A DNA stretch of 64,000 bases from Patescibacteria group bacterium (GTDB lineage Bacteria; Patescibacteriota; Patescibacteriia; Magasanikbacterales; GWA2-37-8). The position numbers and the translations under genes are program-made. A model generated the notes under the pieces. That model had not been told where the DNA came from and searched no databases. It worked only from the letters and a program-made list of their open reading frames with translations. Positions 9,336 to 17,738 of this stretch are shown here, in pieces. The stretch's first letter is position 1. Each line of letters opens with the position of its first letter. The DNA lies in assembly GCA_041661385.1 (NCBI GenBank), contig JBAZUP010000001.1, positions 7,382 through 71,381 of the forward strand, given 5' to 3'.

Positions 9336-10964
9336 CTATTTCCAGCGCTTTACCAGGTAGGTTCTGTCCGGTTTGTAGCCTAATTTTTTATAGTAATCCT
9401 TCACGCCCACTCCTGAAATAACCGCCAGATTTTTAATTTTATTTTTTTTACAGATTTTTTCCGCTTCAATAATCAGTTTCTTGCCAAGACCTTGGTGCTG
9501 GCTTGATTGGCTGCCTTTTTTACCGATTCGAATTAACTGTCCGTAAGTATGAAGCTCGCGGATATAGGCTGGGAAAGGTGCAGTTTTATTTTTTAAGCTT
9601 ACAATTCGGAGACGACAAAAAGCAAAAACAACTTGGCGTTTTTTATCTTCAAAACTTAAAAAATATTCCGTACCGCCGGCAGTTTGGTATTTTTCTAAAA
9701 ATAATTTCGGTGTCAGGTCTTTAATCTGCGTTAAATCAACATGGCCGGCTTCACGACAACGAAGGCATCTGCAAACCAGTCCTTCGTTTTTCATTTCCTC
9801 ATGAATCACTTGGCGCAAGTTTGTTACTCGGTTACCTTCTTCAATGTGTTGACCAGGAATGTCGCGGATTAATCGTGAGATTCGCACATAGCGGGGGACT
9901 TCGCTTTTGAAAGTTTTTATAATATTTACCAAATCTTTGGTTGGATAAGCATGATACTTTCCTTGTTGAAGCCAATCATATAGTTCCGAACCTTTTACTA
10001 CAGTGCAAGGGTAAATTTTTATCATGTCAGGCCGAAGTCCGGGGTCGGAAAAAACTTCTCGCAGCATTTTTAGATCGCTTTTTGGTGTTGCACCCGGTAG
10101 TTGAGGCATTAAATGGAAATCAGTTTTAAAACCAAAATTTCTCGCGAGTTCAGTTGCCTTTTTTGCTTGTTCAATAGTATGACCGCGTTTAATTATTTTA
10201 AGTATTTTATCGTCGGTGTGTTGAACACCGATTTCAAGACGAGTGCAGCCTTGCTCGCGCATTTGCCAAAGAGTTTTTTCTGAAATACTATCCGGGCGAG
10301 TTTCAAGTGTGAGTCCAATTATTCGATGTTTGGATTTTTCGTTTATTTTTTGTTGTTTAACCAGCTCGGTTTTTATTTTTTCAAATGGAGAAGTTTCTTT
10401 TAATTTAATTTTTGTACCGTTTGCCGCCGCAAAAGATTGTAAAATAAACCAATATTGATAAGGAAGCGCATAGGCGTTCCAGGTTCCTCCTTTGACAATT
10501 AACTCTATTTTATCGGTTGGGTGGCCGTTGCGCTCAATTGATTCCAGGCGGCGTGCCATTTGTTCGTAGGGGTTAAATTTTAACGAAAGGGCGCGGCTGG
10601 CAGCTGGTTCATCGGCCAGGTAACTTTTAGGCATTCGAACGTCTAGCGGGCAATAAATGCATTCTCCGGGGCAAGGATAAGGCTTAACAAGCGACGTAAC
10701 AATGGTGACGCCGGAAAGAGTTCGAACCGAACGACGCGTTAAAAGTTTTTCCATTGCAGGGCTGGTTTTGATGCTTTTCTTTCGCAATAAGCTGTGGTAT
10801 GCTTTAAGCAAATCAGTTTTATCAGGAGTGCCTTTTGAGGTCGGAAATTGTTTTACTAAAGCTCGTTTTAACACGCTAAACTCAAGCTCATTTTTAGGGA
10901 GTTTTTTTAGAGCGGAAAATACAATTTTTTCTGCCAAATTCATAGTAAAGTTGAGTATGGACAT
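9336..10964 (-). CDS. elp3: Elp3-like radical SAM + GNAT protein (tRNA wobble-uridine carboxymethylation)
   Basis: Radical SAM cysteine motif CPGECIYCP. C-terminal GNAT acetyltransferase motif (QHQGLGKKLIEEAE). 542 aa. Start may be the M at 10943. Confidence 0.8.
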   Translation of the reverse strand: MSILNFTMNLAEKIVFSALKKLPKNELEFSVLKRALVKQFPTSKGTPDKTDLLKAYHSLLRKKSIKTSPAMEKLLTRRSVRTLSGVTIVTSLVKPYPCPGECIYCPLDVRMPKSYLADEPAASRALSLKFNPYEQMARRLESIERNGHPTDKIELIVKGGTWNAYALPYQYWFILQSFAAANGTKIKLKETSPFEKIKTELVKQQKINEKSKHRIIGLTLETRPDSISEKTLWQMREQGCTRLEIGVQHTDDKILKIIKRGHTIEQAKKATELARNFGFKTDFHLMPQLPGATPKSDLKMLREVFSDPGLRPDMIKIYPCTVVKGSELYDWLQQGKYHAYPTKDLVNIIKTFKSEVPRYVRISRLIRDIPGQHIEEGNRVTNLRQVIHEEMKNEGLVCRCLRCREAGHVDLTQIKDLTPKLFLEKYQTAGGTEYFLSFEDKKRQVVFAFCRLRIVSLKNKTAPFPAYIRELHTYGQLIRIGKKGSQSSQHQGLGKKLIIEAEKICKKNKIKNLAVISGVGVKDYYKKLGYKPDRTYLVKRWK

Positions 10965-11649
10965 TATACAGAAGACCCGCGACGATTACAATAAAATTGC
11001 CTCTTTTTTTGCAGAAACCCGCAGTCATCCGGGTGAGCTGGTACAGTTTAAACCTTTTATCGCGGACGGTCAACAGATTCTGGATTGGGGTTGCGGGAAT
11101 GGCCGGCTGCTTTACATGCTTGAAAAATTTAAAATTAATTATTTTGGCCTTGACCAAAGCAAGGGCCTTTTAAATCAAGCTGAAGCGGAACACCTCAAAC
11201 TGATAAAAAATAAAACTGCCGCATTTTTTTGCACTGCGCATCGTGAAAAAAAATTCCCGCCGGAAACTTTTGATCTAATTTTTTTAATTGCGTCATTTCA
11301 TCATTTGCCGGACAAAAAAAGCCGGCTCAAATTATTAAAAAAATTATATCAGGAATGCAAGACAGGCGGTAAAATGGTCATGACCAATTGGAATTTGGAT
11401 AGCGTCTGGGCAAAAAATAAATTAAAAATTGACTGGGAAAAAACTGGTGACGATGATTTTCTTATTCCCTGGAAAGACAAGAGCGGCAAGGTTTTAGTTA
11501 AACGGTATTATCATAATTTTCAAAGAGATGAAATTAAGGAACTCGCTGTTAAAGCTGGCTGGAAAGTGTTAAAATTATATTATTCAGATGGTCCGGGGGA
11601 GGCAAATAAAAAAACCGGTAAAAATTTGGTGTTAATCGCTGAGAAGTAA
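10957..11649 (+). CDS. class I SAM-dependent methyltransferase (Trm9/Methyltransf_11-like)
   Basis: SAM motif ILDWGCGNGRL. The ORF track's start at 10702 overlaps elp3 on the opposite strand, so the first internal ATG at 10957 (MDIIQK) is taken. Confidence 0.65.
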   Translation: MDIIQKTRDDYNKIASFFAETRSHPGELVQFKPFIADGQQILDWGCGNGRLLYMLEKFKINYFGLDQSKGLLNQAEAEHLKLIKNKTAAFFCTAHREKKFPPETFDLIFLIASFHHLPDKKSRLKLLKKLYQECKTGGKMVMTNWNLDSVWAKNKLKIDWEKTGDDDFLIPWKDKSGKVLVKRYYHNFQRDEIKELAVKAGWKVLKLYYSDGPGEANKKTGKNLVLIAEK

Positions 11650-11650
11650 T

Positions 11651-12868
11651 ATGCGTATTCTGCAAATTGAAAAATTTTTTTATAACCGAGGCGGCTCAAG
11701 TCGTGTATTTTTTGACACGATTGAAGGTTTGCGCCGCAGGGGTAATGAAGTCGCAGAATTTTCTATGCAAGACGGACGTAATTATCCGTCTAAATATGAA
11801 AAATATTTCGCTCCATCTTTGCCGGAATTAAAAAGCCGCTTAAGTTTTAGAGAACAATTTCAGGTTTTTAAGCGGTTATTTAAATCGGAAATAATTGAAA
11901 CCAAACTAACAAATTTAATTGATGATTTTAAACCAGAAGTCGCGCACATTCATAATGCCTATCATCACTTATCTGCCAGCACGTTTATTACTCTTCAGAA
12001 AAAAAATGTTCCGGTAGTTTTAACATTGCACGATGTTTTTCCGCTCTGTCCGAATCACAGCTTATTAATAGGGGAAACACTTGGCGAAAAAGAGCTAAAA
12101 AATAATTTATTCAATTGTCTTCGTTATAAATGCGTCGACGGAAAATTTTTACCAAGCCTCGCCGGGGTATTTGAGGCGCTTTATTATCGGTATCATGGGG
12201 TTTGGAAAAATATTAAAATTTTTATTTGCCCAAGTCAGTTTATGGCCGATAAAATGGTGGAGTATGGTTTTGCGCGTGAAAAGATGCGCGTCATTCGTAA
12301 TCCATTTGTGGTTACACCGTCAGTTTTGCCATTGGGAGATAAAGTTGTCTATCTTGGCCGTTTACATCATGAAAAGGGGATAAAAGTATTTCTTCGTGCC
12401 GCGGAAAAACTTCGAGATTTGCAGCTCGTTGTAGCTGGCAGCGGACAAGATGAAAATTGGGTGAATAATTTTTTGAAGGAAAAAAAATTAAATAATGTTG
12501 AAAGAGTTGGTTGGGTCAGCGGGGAAAAATGGAAACAAATAATGAACGAAGCACGGGTGGTGGTAGTACCGTCGGTATTTTTAGAAAATTGTTCAGTAAG
12601 TATTTTAGAAGCGTTAAGCCACGGCCGATTGGTAGTTGCTAGTGACCGAGGGGGAAATCCGGAAATGATTATTAACGGCAAGACCGGATTTTTATGTCGC
12701 CCAGAAGATCCAGATGACCTTGCTCGCGCAATTCGTGAGGCGATAGAATTACCCGATGCGGAAGCGCAAAGAATGATTGCTTTTGGTCGAGAATTAGTTG
12801 AAACAAATCATAATCCTACAAATTATTTTACGAAATTAAAAGGGGTTTATAATGAAGTAATTAAATAA
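11651..12868 (+). CDS. glycosyltransferase family 4
   Basis: GT-B fold with C-terminal EX7E-type motif region (EALSHGRLVVASDRGGNPEMI). Confidence 0.8.
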   Translation: MRILQIEKFFYNRGGSSRVFFDTIEGLRRRGNEVAEFSMQDGRNYPSKYEKYFAPSLPELKSRLSFREQFQVFKRLFKSEIIETKLTNLIDDFKPEVAHIHNAYHHLSASTFITLQKKNVPVVLTLHDVFPLCPNHSLLIGETLGEKELKNNLFNCLRYKCVDGKFLPSLAGVFEALYYRYHGVWKNIKIFICPSQFMADKMVEYGFAREKMRVIRNPFVVTPSVLPLGDKVVYLGRLHHEKGIKVFLRAAEKLRDLQLVVAGSGQDENWVNNFLKEKKLNNVERVGWVSGEKWKQIMNEARVVVVPSVFLENCSVSILEALSHGRLVVASDRGGNPEMIINGKTGFLCRPEDPDDLARAIREAIELPDAEAQRMIAFGRELVETNHNPTNYFTKLKGVYNEVIK

Positions 12869-13090
12869 AGGGACTTGTTTTACGACTCAATATCCCTGTG
12901 GATAACCCTTTGACCGTTTTTTCCATTCAGCGTATAGTTAATCTCAGTATAAAAATATGAACTTAAATTACACCCGAAATAATGTAGCAATTAAGTTGGC
13001 AGTCGCTGCTGCCTTGCTTCAAGCTATTTGTTTTATCTCGGGTGAACATAGTTCAAATCTTGCCTAAAAGATTATATCGAACCAAATTCA

Positions 13091-13116
13091 CCCGAGATAA
13101 TATCTCGGGTTTTTTT
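13091..13116 (+). terminator. rho-independent terminator (also the 3' arm of an attenuator-like structure)
   Basis: Hairpin cccgagata-a-tatctcggg followed by TTTTTTT. Confidence 0.6.
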
Positions 13117-13225
13117 ATAACGTAAGAATCGGCCAGAAAGGATAATTTTGCATTTTGGCCGGTCCTTAAGTTAATAGGGCCAAAACCTACCCCAGTGGCG
13201 GGGTAAACCAGGGAGGTAGTACGTA

Positions 13226-13618
13226 ATGTGCGAAAATTCTGTTGAGGCAACTCTTCACCGTACGCTGCTGAGCAGGCACACCGCTCAGTCGAGACTCTCG
13301 CATTACGAGGGTTCACCCGAAGAGCTCAGGGAGCTCGCGCGGGTCGCCTGGCTGTTCGCCGGGTCAAGGCCGGGCAAGTTGCCCGACACGGTCGTTCTTT
13401 CCGGCGGCATTCCGCCGACCGGTTTCTTCAGTAAGGATGGTGCGACTCGCACCACCCACGGGATGCTGAAGCCCGAGGCGGTACGCGTGGACATCATCGT
13501 GCTCATCACGAAGCGGGGCGCCTGCAAGGGCGCTGCCGAGATCCAGGTCATCGATTTCCAGGCCTGGGATTCCGAGGTCTGGGAGACGCAGAAGGCACGC
13601 AGTGCCGTAGCCGCCTAA
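13226..13618 (+). CDS. hypothetical protein encoded in GC-rich island 1 (foreign-looking)
   Basis: ~60% GC with strong GC3 periodicity in this frame only. Strong SD GGGAGG 9 nt upstream of the ATG. No family recognised. Confidence 0.45.
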   Translation: MCENSVEATLHRTLLSRHTAQSRLSHYEGSPEELRELARVAWLFAGSRPGKLPDTVVLSGGIPPTGFFSKDGATRTTHGMLKPEAVRVDIIVLITKRGACKGAAEIQVIDFQAWDSEVWETQKARSAVAA

Positions 13619-13790
13619 GGGCGGCAAAAAAAGGTCTGGCGAAGCCTTGTCCGGTTCTTAATAAAAGAACTGACCAAATTCGCCGCATCATTGGCTACCG
13701 ATATTATTATCGATATCCATCGTGCAAACAAGGTTTCTAAATGGTGACGGTTTGCTTTTTTTTTGCTATAATAGGCGTATTAGAAACTCT

Positions 13791-14714
13791 ATGTGGCTTT
13801 CCGTTGCGTTTATTGGCTATGCGTGTCTCGCTGTAGTCTCCATTCTTGATAAATTCATTCTCTCCAAAGAGAAAATTCTTCCGTCCGTTTTTGTATTTTA
13901 TTCTACAATTTTTCTTTTACCGCTCAACTTTGCGGTATTTTTTCTGTCTGCTCGTCCATCGATTTATGTTTCTGGCGTGATAATTTTGTCTGCGGCGGCT
14001 TTTTCGTTTGGACTTTGGACAATGTACCGCGCTTTTGAAAAAAGTGAAGTTAGCCACATGGGTCCTTTTATCGGCGGGCTTATTCCGTTGTTTATTCTCG
14101 TTTTAGGACAGATTTTTTTACCAGAATTCATTACTACCAAACAAGTTATTGGGATCTTGCTCCTCAGTTTTGGCACGATTACCATTTCAATTCAAAAAAA
14201 CATGGGGCGATATTGGAAAAATAGTATTATCTGGGCGTTGGTTGCAGCGGTCTCATTTTCTATTTCTCACATTTCATCCAAATATGTTTATTCCGCAGTC
14301 GGTTTTGGAGCGGGCTTTACCTATATTTGGGGTGCAATGGGTTTTGTCGGGTTAGCGCTGTTATTTACAAAAAATGTTCAGTCAGCAGTTTTTCCTCATC
14401 GCAATATAATTATTTCATTAAAAAACAAAATTTCTTTTCAACATAATAAATCTAAACATCAGGTGGTCGTGGTTGCATCCGACAAGGTGCTTAGCGCGGT
14501 TGGTTCGCTTTCAATTCAATATGCAGTATCGCTTGGCAGTGTTACCAAGGTGTATGCGCTGAGTGGCGCGCAGTATGCTTTTCTAATTTTATTAGTATTT
14601 ATTTTGTCTAGATTTTTTCCGAAAATTTTTCGAGAAAAATATGACGATGGTGAAGTTTATCGTGAATTGATAGCAGTAATTATTATTGCTGTTGGTCTAG
14701 CTTTTTTGGTTTAA
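13791..14714 (+). CDS. polytopic membrane protein, DMT/EamA-like transporter
   Basis: ~10 hydrophobic segments, ~300 aa. Extended -10 (TGcTATAAT at 13764-13772) 19 nt upstream of the ATG at 13791. The track's upstream start at 13722 is a GTG. Confidence 0.5.
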   Translation: MWLSVAFIGYACLAVVSILDKFILSKEKILPSVFVFYSTIFLLPLNFAVFFLSARPSIYVSGVIILSAAAFSFGLWTMYRAFEKSEVSHMGPFIGGLIPLFILVLGQIFLPEFITTKQVIGILLLSFGTITISIQKNMGRYWKNSIIWALVAAVSFSISHISSKYVYSAVGFGAGFTYIWGAMGFVGLALLFTKNVQSAVFPHRNIIISLKNKISFQHNKSKHQVVVVASDKVLSAVGSLSIQYAVSLGSVTKVYALSGAQYAFLILLVFILSRFFPKIFREKYDDGEVYRELIAVIIIAVGLAFLV

Positions 14715-14718
14715 TATT

Positions 14719-15723
14719 ATGAATCACTCCAGGTTTCAGCATCCGAAATTAATGTTGGTTACGGTGTTATTGGCTTTTATTACTATCGCTTGGGCGTGGT
14801 TTATATTTTTTGACAGTATTCACAACAAAAATATGTCTTATGGTTTTTCGTTTGATCCAGAATACGCCGGTTCTTTGAAACTAGATCCCCAAGAGGCGTT
14901 TAAAACAATTATCAATGATTGGAATTTTAAGTATGTTCGTTTGCCGGCTCATTGGGAAAAAATTGAAGCTACCAAAGGCGTTTTTAATTTTAATGAAATA
15001 GATGGATATATTTCTGAAGCAGATAAATCTGGTGTAAAAGTAATTTTGGCCATTGGTAATAAAACACCGCGTTGGCCAGAGTGCCATGCTCCGGCTTGGG
15101 CAAATGCTTTGCCTCGTGAAGAATATATGGTTGAGCTTCGAAAATACATGAGTCAGGTTGTTGAGCATTATAAAAATCATCCTTCAATCGAAATGTGGCA
15201 AGTGGAAAACGAACCGTTTTTACCATTTGGTGAATGTTTGCTTTTGACTCATGCCGAATTAAAAGAAGAAATTAATTTGGTAAAGAAAATTGATGGTAAT
15301 CATCCGGTACTCGTTGCTGACAGCGGCGAACTTAGCACATGGTATTTTACCAGTAAAGCAGCCGATTATTTTGGTACTACATTATATCGGGTTGTTTGGA
15401 ACAAGGTTCTTGGTTATTGGAATTATGATTGGGTGCCGGCGGTTATATATCGTTGGAAAATGTTTTTAGTTGGCAGACCGCTCGATAAAGCGTTTGTGGT
15501 GGAGCTGCAGGCCGAGCCGTGGTCACCAAATCAACCCCTCATGGAGTTGCCGATTGCGGAACAAAATCGATCCATGAATATAACTCGTTTAAAAAAGAAC
15601 ATTGATTTTGCGCAGCGTATTGGAGTCGCTCGTACTTATCTTTGGGGTGCTGAATGGTGGGTTTGGTTGCGTAAAAGTGGTTATAACGAAATTCCAGATT
15701 TTATCAGCACGCTTAATAAATAA
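14719..15723 (+). CDS. membrane-anchored glycoside hydrolase, clan GH-A (GH5-like)
   Basis: N-terminal TM. Conserved W-x-x-ENEP catalytic acid/base motif (WQVENEP) typical of GH5/GH-A (beta/alpha)8 hydrolases. Confidence 0.55.
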   Translation: MNHSRFQHPKLMLVTVLLAFITIAWAWFIFFDSIHNKNMSYGFSFDPEYAGSLKLDPQEAFKTIINDWNFKYVRLPAHWEKIEATKGVFNFNEIDGYISEADKSGVKVILAIGNKTPRWPECHAPAWANALPREEYMVELRKYMSQVVEHYKNHPSIEMWQVENEPFLPFGECLLLTHAELKEEINLVKKIDGNHPVLVADSGELSTWYFTSKAADYFGTTLYRVVWNKVLGYWNYDWVPAVIYRWKMFLVGRPLDKAFVVELQAEPWSPNQPLMELPIAEQNRSMNITRLKKNIDFAQRIGVARTYLWGAEWWVWLRKSGYNEIPDFISTLNK

Positions 15724-15749
15724 AAAACAATCCAATTTGGATTGTTTTG

Positions 15750-15823
15750 TGCGCGCTGGGGGATTCGAACCCTCGACCCCCTCGGTGTAAACGAGGTGCT
15801 CTAACCAACTGAGCTAAGCGCGC
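15750..15823 (-). tRNA. tRNA-Val (anticodon TAC)
   Basis: Reverse complement folds as a cloverleaf. Acceptor stem GCGCGCT/AGCGCGC. Anticodon stem CCTCG/CGAGG with loop TTTACAC. TTCGAAT T-loop. No encoded CCA. Confidence 0.85.
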
Positions 15824-15893
15824 AAGGCACAAACATTCTATACTAAAATTAAAAAAAAGTCCAGAGTAGAGATGTAGATCACATTAAAATTAC

Positions 15894-17072
15894 ATGCGTT
15901 CAGAAAAACAAGTATTTTTACATCGCGGCATTTATAAACCTTCTGCTACACTTTCAGAGGCGGTGTTTATGATTACCGGCATGACCATTGGTGCGGGAGT
16001 TCTCGCCATTCCTTATGCTGTAGCACAGGTCGGACTTCTCACCGGCATTGCTTATATTGCCGCTCTTGGTTTAATTATAATGTTTTTAAATTTAATGATC
16101 GGGGAGATCGCCAGCCGCACAAAAGAGCCGATGCAACTGGCTGGTTTTGCCGGAAAATATCTTGGGAGTTGGGCAAAATATTTTCTTTCTTTTATTTTCT
16201 TATTTAGCGCTTTTGGAACTTTGCTCGTTTATGTTATCGGTGAAGGAACTTCGCTCGCTGCAGTTTTTGGCGGTTCACCCACGCTTTGGAGTGTGGTTTT
16301 TTGGTCAGTCGGTAGTTTTCTTATCTGGGGTGGTTTAAAGCGAATTAAAAGCATTGATAAATTATTCGGTATCATAATTATGGGAATAATTACCGGATTA
16401 TCACTTTATCTTTTACCGCGTTTTAATTTTGCGGAATTATCATATTTTGACGGCTCACAGATATTTTTTCCGCTAGGTGTAATTCTTTTCGCTCTTCATG
16501 CCTCACCGGCAATTTCCGAAGCCCATGCTCTTTTGCCGAATCGAGCTCGTGATTTTCGTCGAGCTTTAATTCTTGGAACTATCATACCAATTCTATTGTA
16601 TATTATCTTTACGATTGCGGTGGTTGGTTTTACTGGAGCCGAAACGTCCGAAATAGCGACCATTGGGCTTGGCGTGGCTCTAGGGCCGTTTATTGGGGTT
16701 ATGGCGAATGTTTTTGCTGTCTTAGCCATGAGCACGGGTTTTATTGGCCTTGGCACAGCTTTGCGTGAGACATTATCATGGGATTTAAAGGTGCCAGATA
16801 AAGGATCGCTTTTTTTGGTTGTTTCAGTACCTTTAATTCTATTTCTATTTGGAATTCGTAGTTTTATTTCGGTTTTGGATGTTGTTGGTACAGTTGGTAT
16901 TGCTTTTGAAGGTATTATTATGGGGTGGGTATATCTGCGGGCGCGCAAGGGCTCAGATGCATTGCCGGAAAGTTACTTATCTCCGCGTCATCCATTACTT
17001 ATTTCTTTTCCGGTTATCGCGTTCTTCGGTTCACTGCTTCTCTTTAGTTTCTATCGTTTTTTTGTAAAATAA
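15894..17072 (+). CDS. amino acid permease (APC/HAAAP superfamily)
   Basis: 392 aa, ~11 TM segments. N-terminal GMTIGAGVLAIPYA motif typical of amino-acid transporter families. Confidence 0.65.
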   Translation: MRSEKQVFLHRGIYKPSATLSEAVFMITGMTIGAGVLAIPYAVAQVGLLTGIAYIAALGLIIMFLNLMIGEIASRTKEPMQLAGFAGKYLGSWAKYFLSFIFLFSAFGTLLVYVIGEGTSLAAVFGGSPTLWSVVFWSVGSFLIWGGLKRIKSIDKLFGIIIMGIITGLSLYLLPRFNFAELSYFDGSQIFFPLGVILFALHASPAISEAHALLPNRARDFRRALILGTIIPILLYIIFTIAVVGFTGAETSEIATIGLGVALGPFIGVMANVFAVLAMSTGFIGLGTALRETLSWDLKVPDKGSLFLVVSVPLILFLFGIRSFISVLDVVGTVGIAFEGIIMGWVYLRARKGSDALPESYLSPRHPLLISFPVIAFFGSLLLFSFYRFFVK

Positions 17073-17090
17073 AAAAATATATTTAATAAC

Positions 17091-17717
17091 AATAGCGCGG
17101 CCTCAGCCGCGCTTTTTTTGTTTTTATTTTATAATAAATATCGCCTTGTCGGGCGGATGTTCGCTACCCCATTTGTGCAAACAAACGGGGTAGCACCCCA
17201 AAATTGCCGAGCTAGCTGTTCGGCTCCGCAACTCACATCAGCTCAACGAGCTGTGGCGCAGAACTCGTCGCTTGACACTCCTCAAACAGCTGCACCACCC
17301 ACGCTCGTTTTCACTGTGTCGAGTTGTGTCACCTCACATGCGCTCGGAACCGAACGTTGGCTAATTACCAACTGGTGACCGAGCCTATACGTAGTGAGTT
17401 GCAAACTACCCGAGGAAATTAGATTTTTTCAATGTGATTATGCTGATTTGAAAAAATCTAATTTCGCCGGCCATTTATTCTCGTTCCACAAAGGCTCGGA
17501 GGTGAATTGTTGGTAATTGGCCAACAACGGGGGTTTGGGGAAGTCGATATCCCGAGTTCTCGCGAACGAGTGGTTATATCGACGATCTCCCCAAAACCTT
17601 TGGTTACTTTCAGTTATGAAAGTAACATTGAGAATAATTTAAGAGAAAATAGAGTAAACATCGCGATAGCGATAAGATGTATTTAAATATAAATAGCGAG
17701 GCTGAGGCCGCGCTATT
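17091..17717 (+). repeat. intergenic modular repeat, copy A (~627 bp, flanked by 22-bp terminal inverted repeats)
   Basis: Left end aatagcgcggcctcagccgcgc, right end gcgaggctgaggccgcgctatt (reverse complement, 1 mismatch). Shares modules M1-M4 with copies B and C. Confidence 0.6.
17095..17119 (+). terminator. terminator hairpin gcgcgg-cctcag-ccgcgc + T7; also the left terminal inverted repeat of repeat copy A
   Basis: Perfect 6-bp GC stem followed by TTTTTTT directly after the permease stop. Confidence 0.6.
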
Positions 17718-17738
17718 ATAATAATTAATTAAATTTGT

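Noticed and set aside
10702-10956. N-terminal 85-codon extension of the methyltransferase ORF
   Set aside because: It overlaps the elp3 coding region on the opposite strand. Methyltransferase homology begins at the internal ATG at 10957.
13303-13627. Minus-strand ORFs (82 and 87 aa) in GC-rich island 1; also considered RNase P RNA/tmRNA for the island
   Set aside because: GC3 bias favours the + frame. I could not find the conserved RNase P (GGAAAGUCCGG, AGGGUGAAA) or tmRNA (tag reading frame, TpsiC-like 3' end) motifs on either strand.
17118-17378. Small ORFs inside repeat copies (17118-17378, 20057-20263, 20100-20282, 20206-20415) sharing the peptide RMFATPFVQTNGVAPQNC
   Set aside because: The shared peptide only reflects the repeated DNA. 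Frames and lengths differ between copies and none is open in copy C, so the repeat is non-coding.
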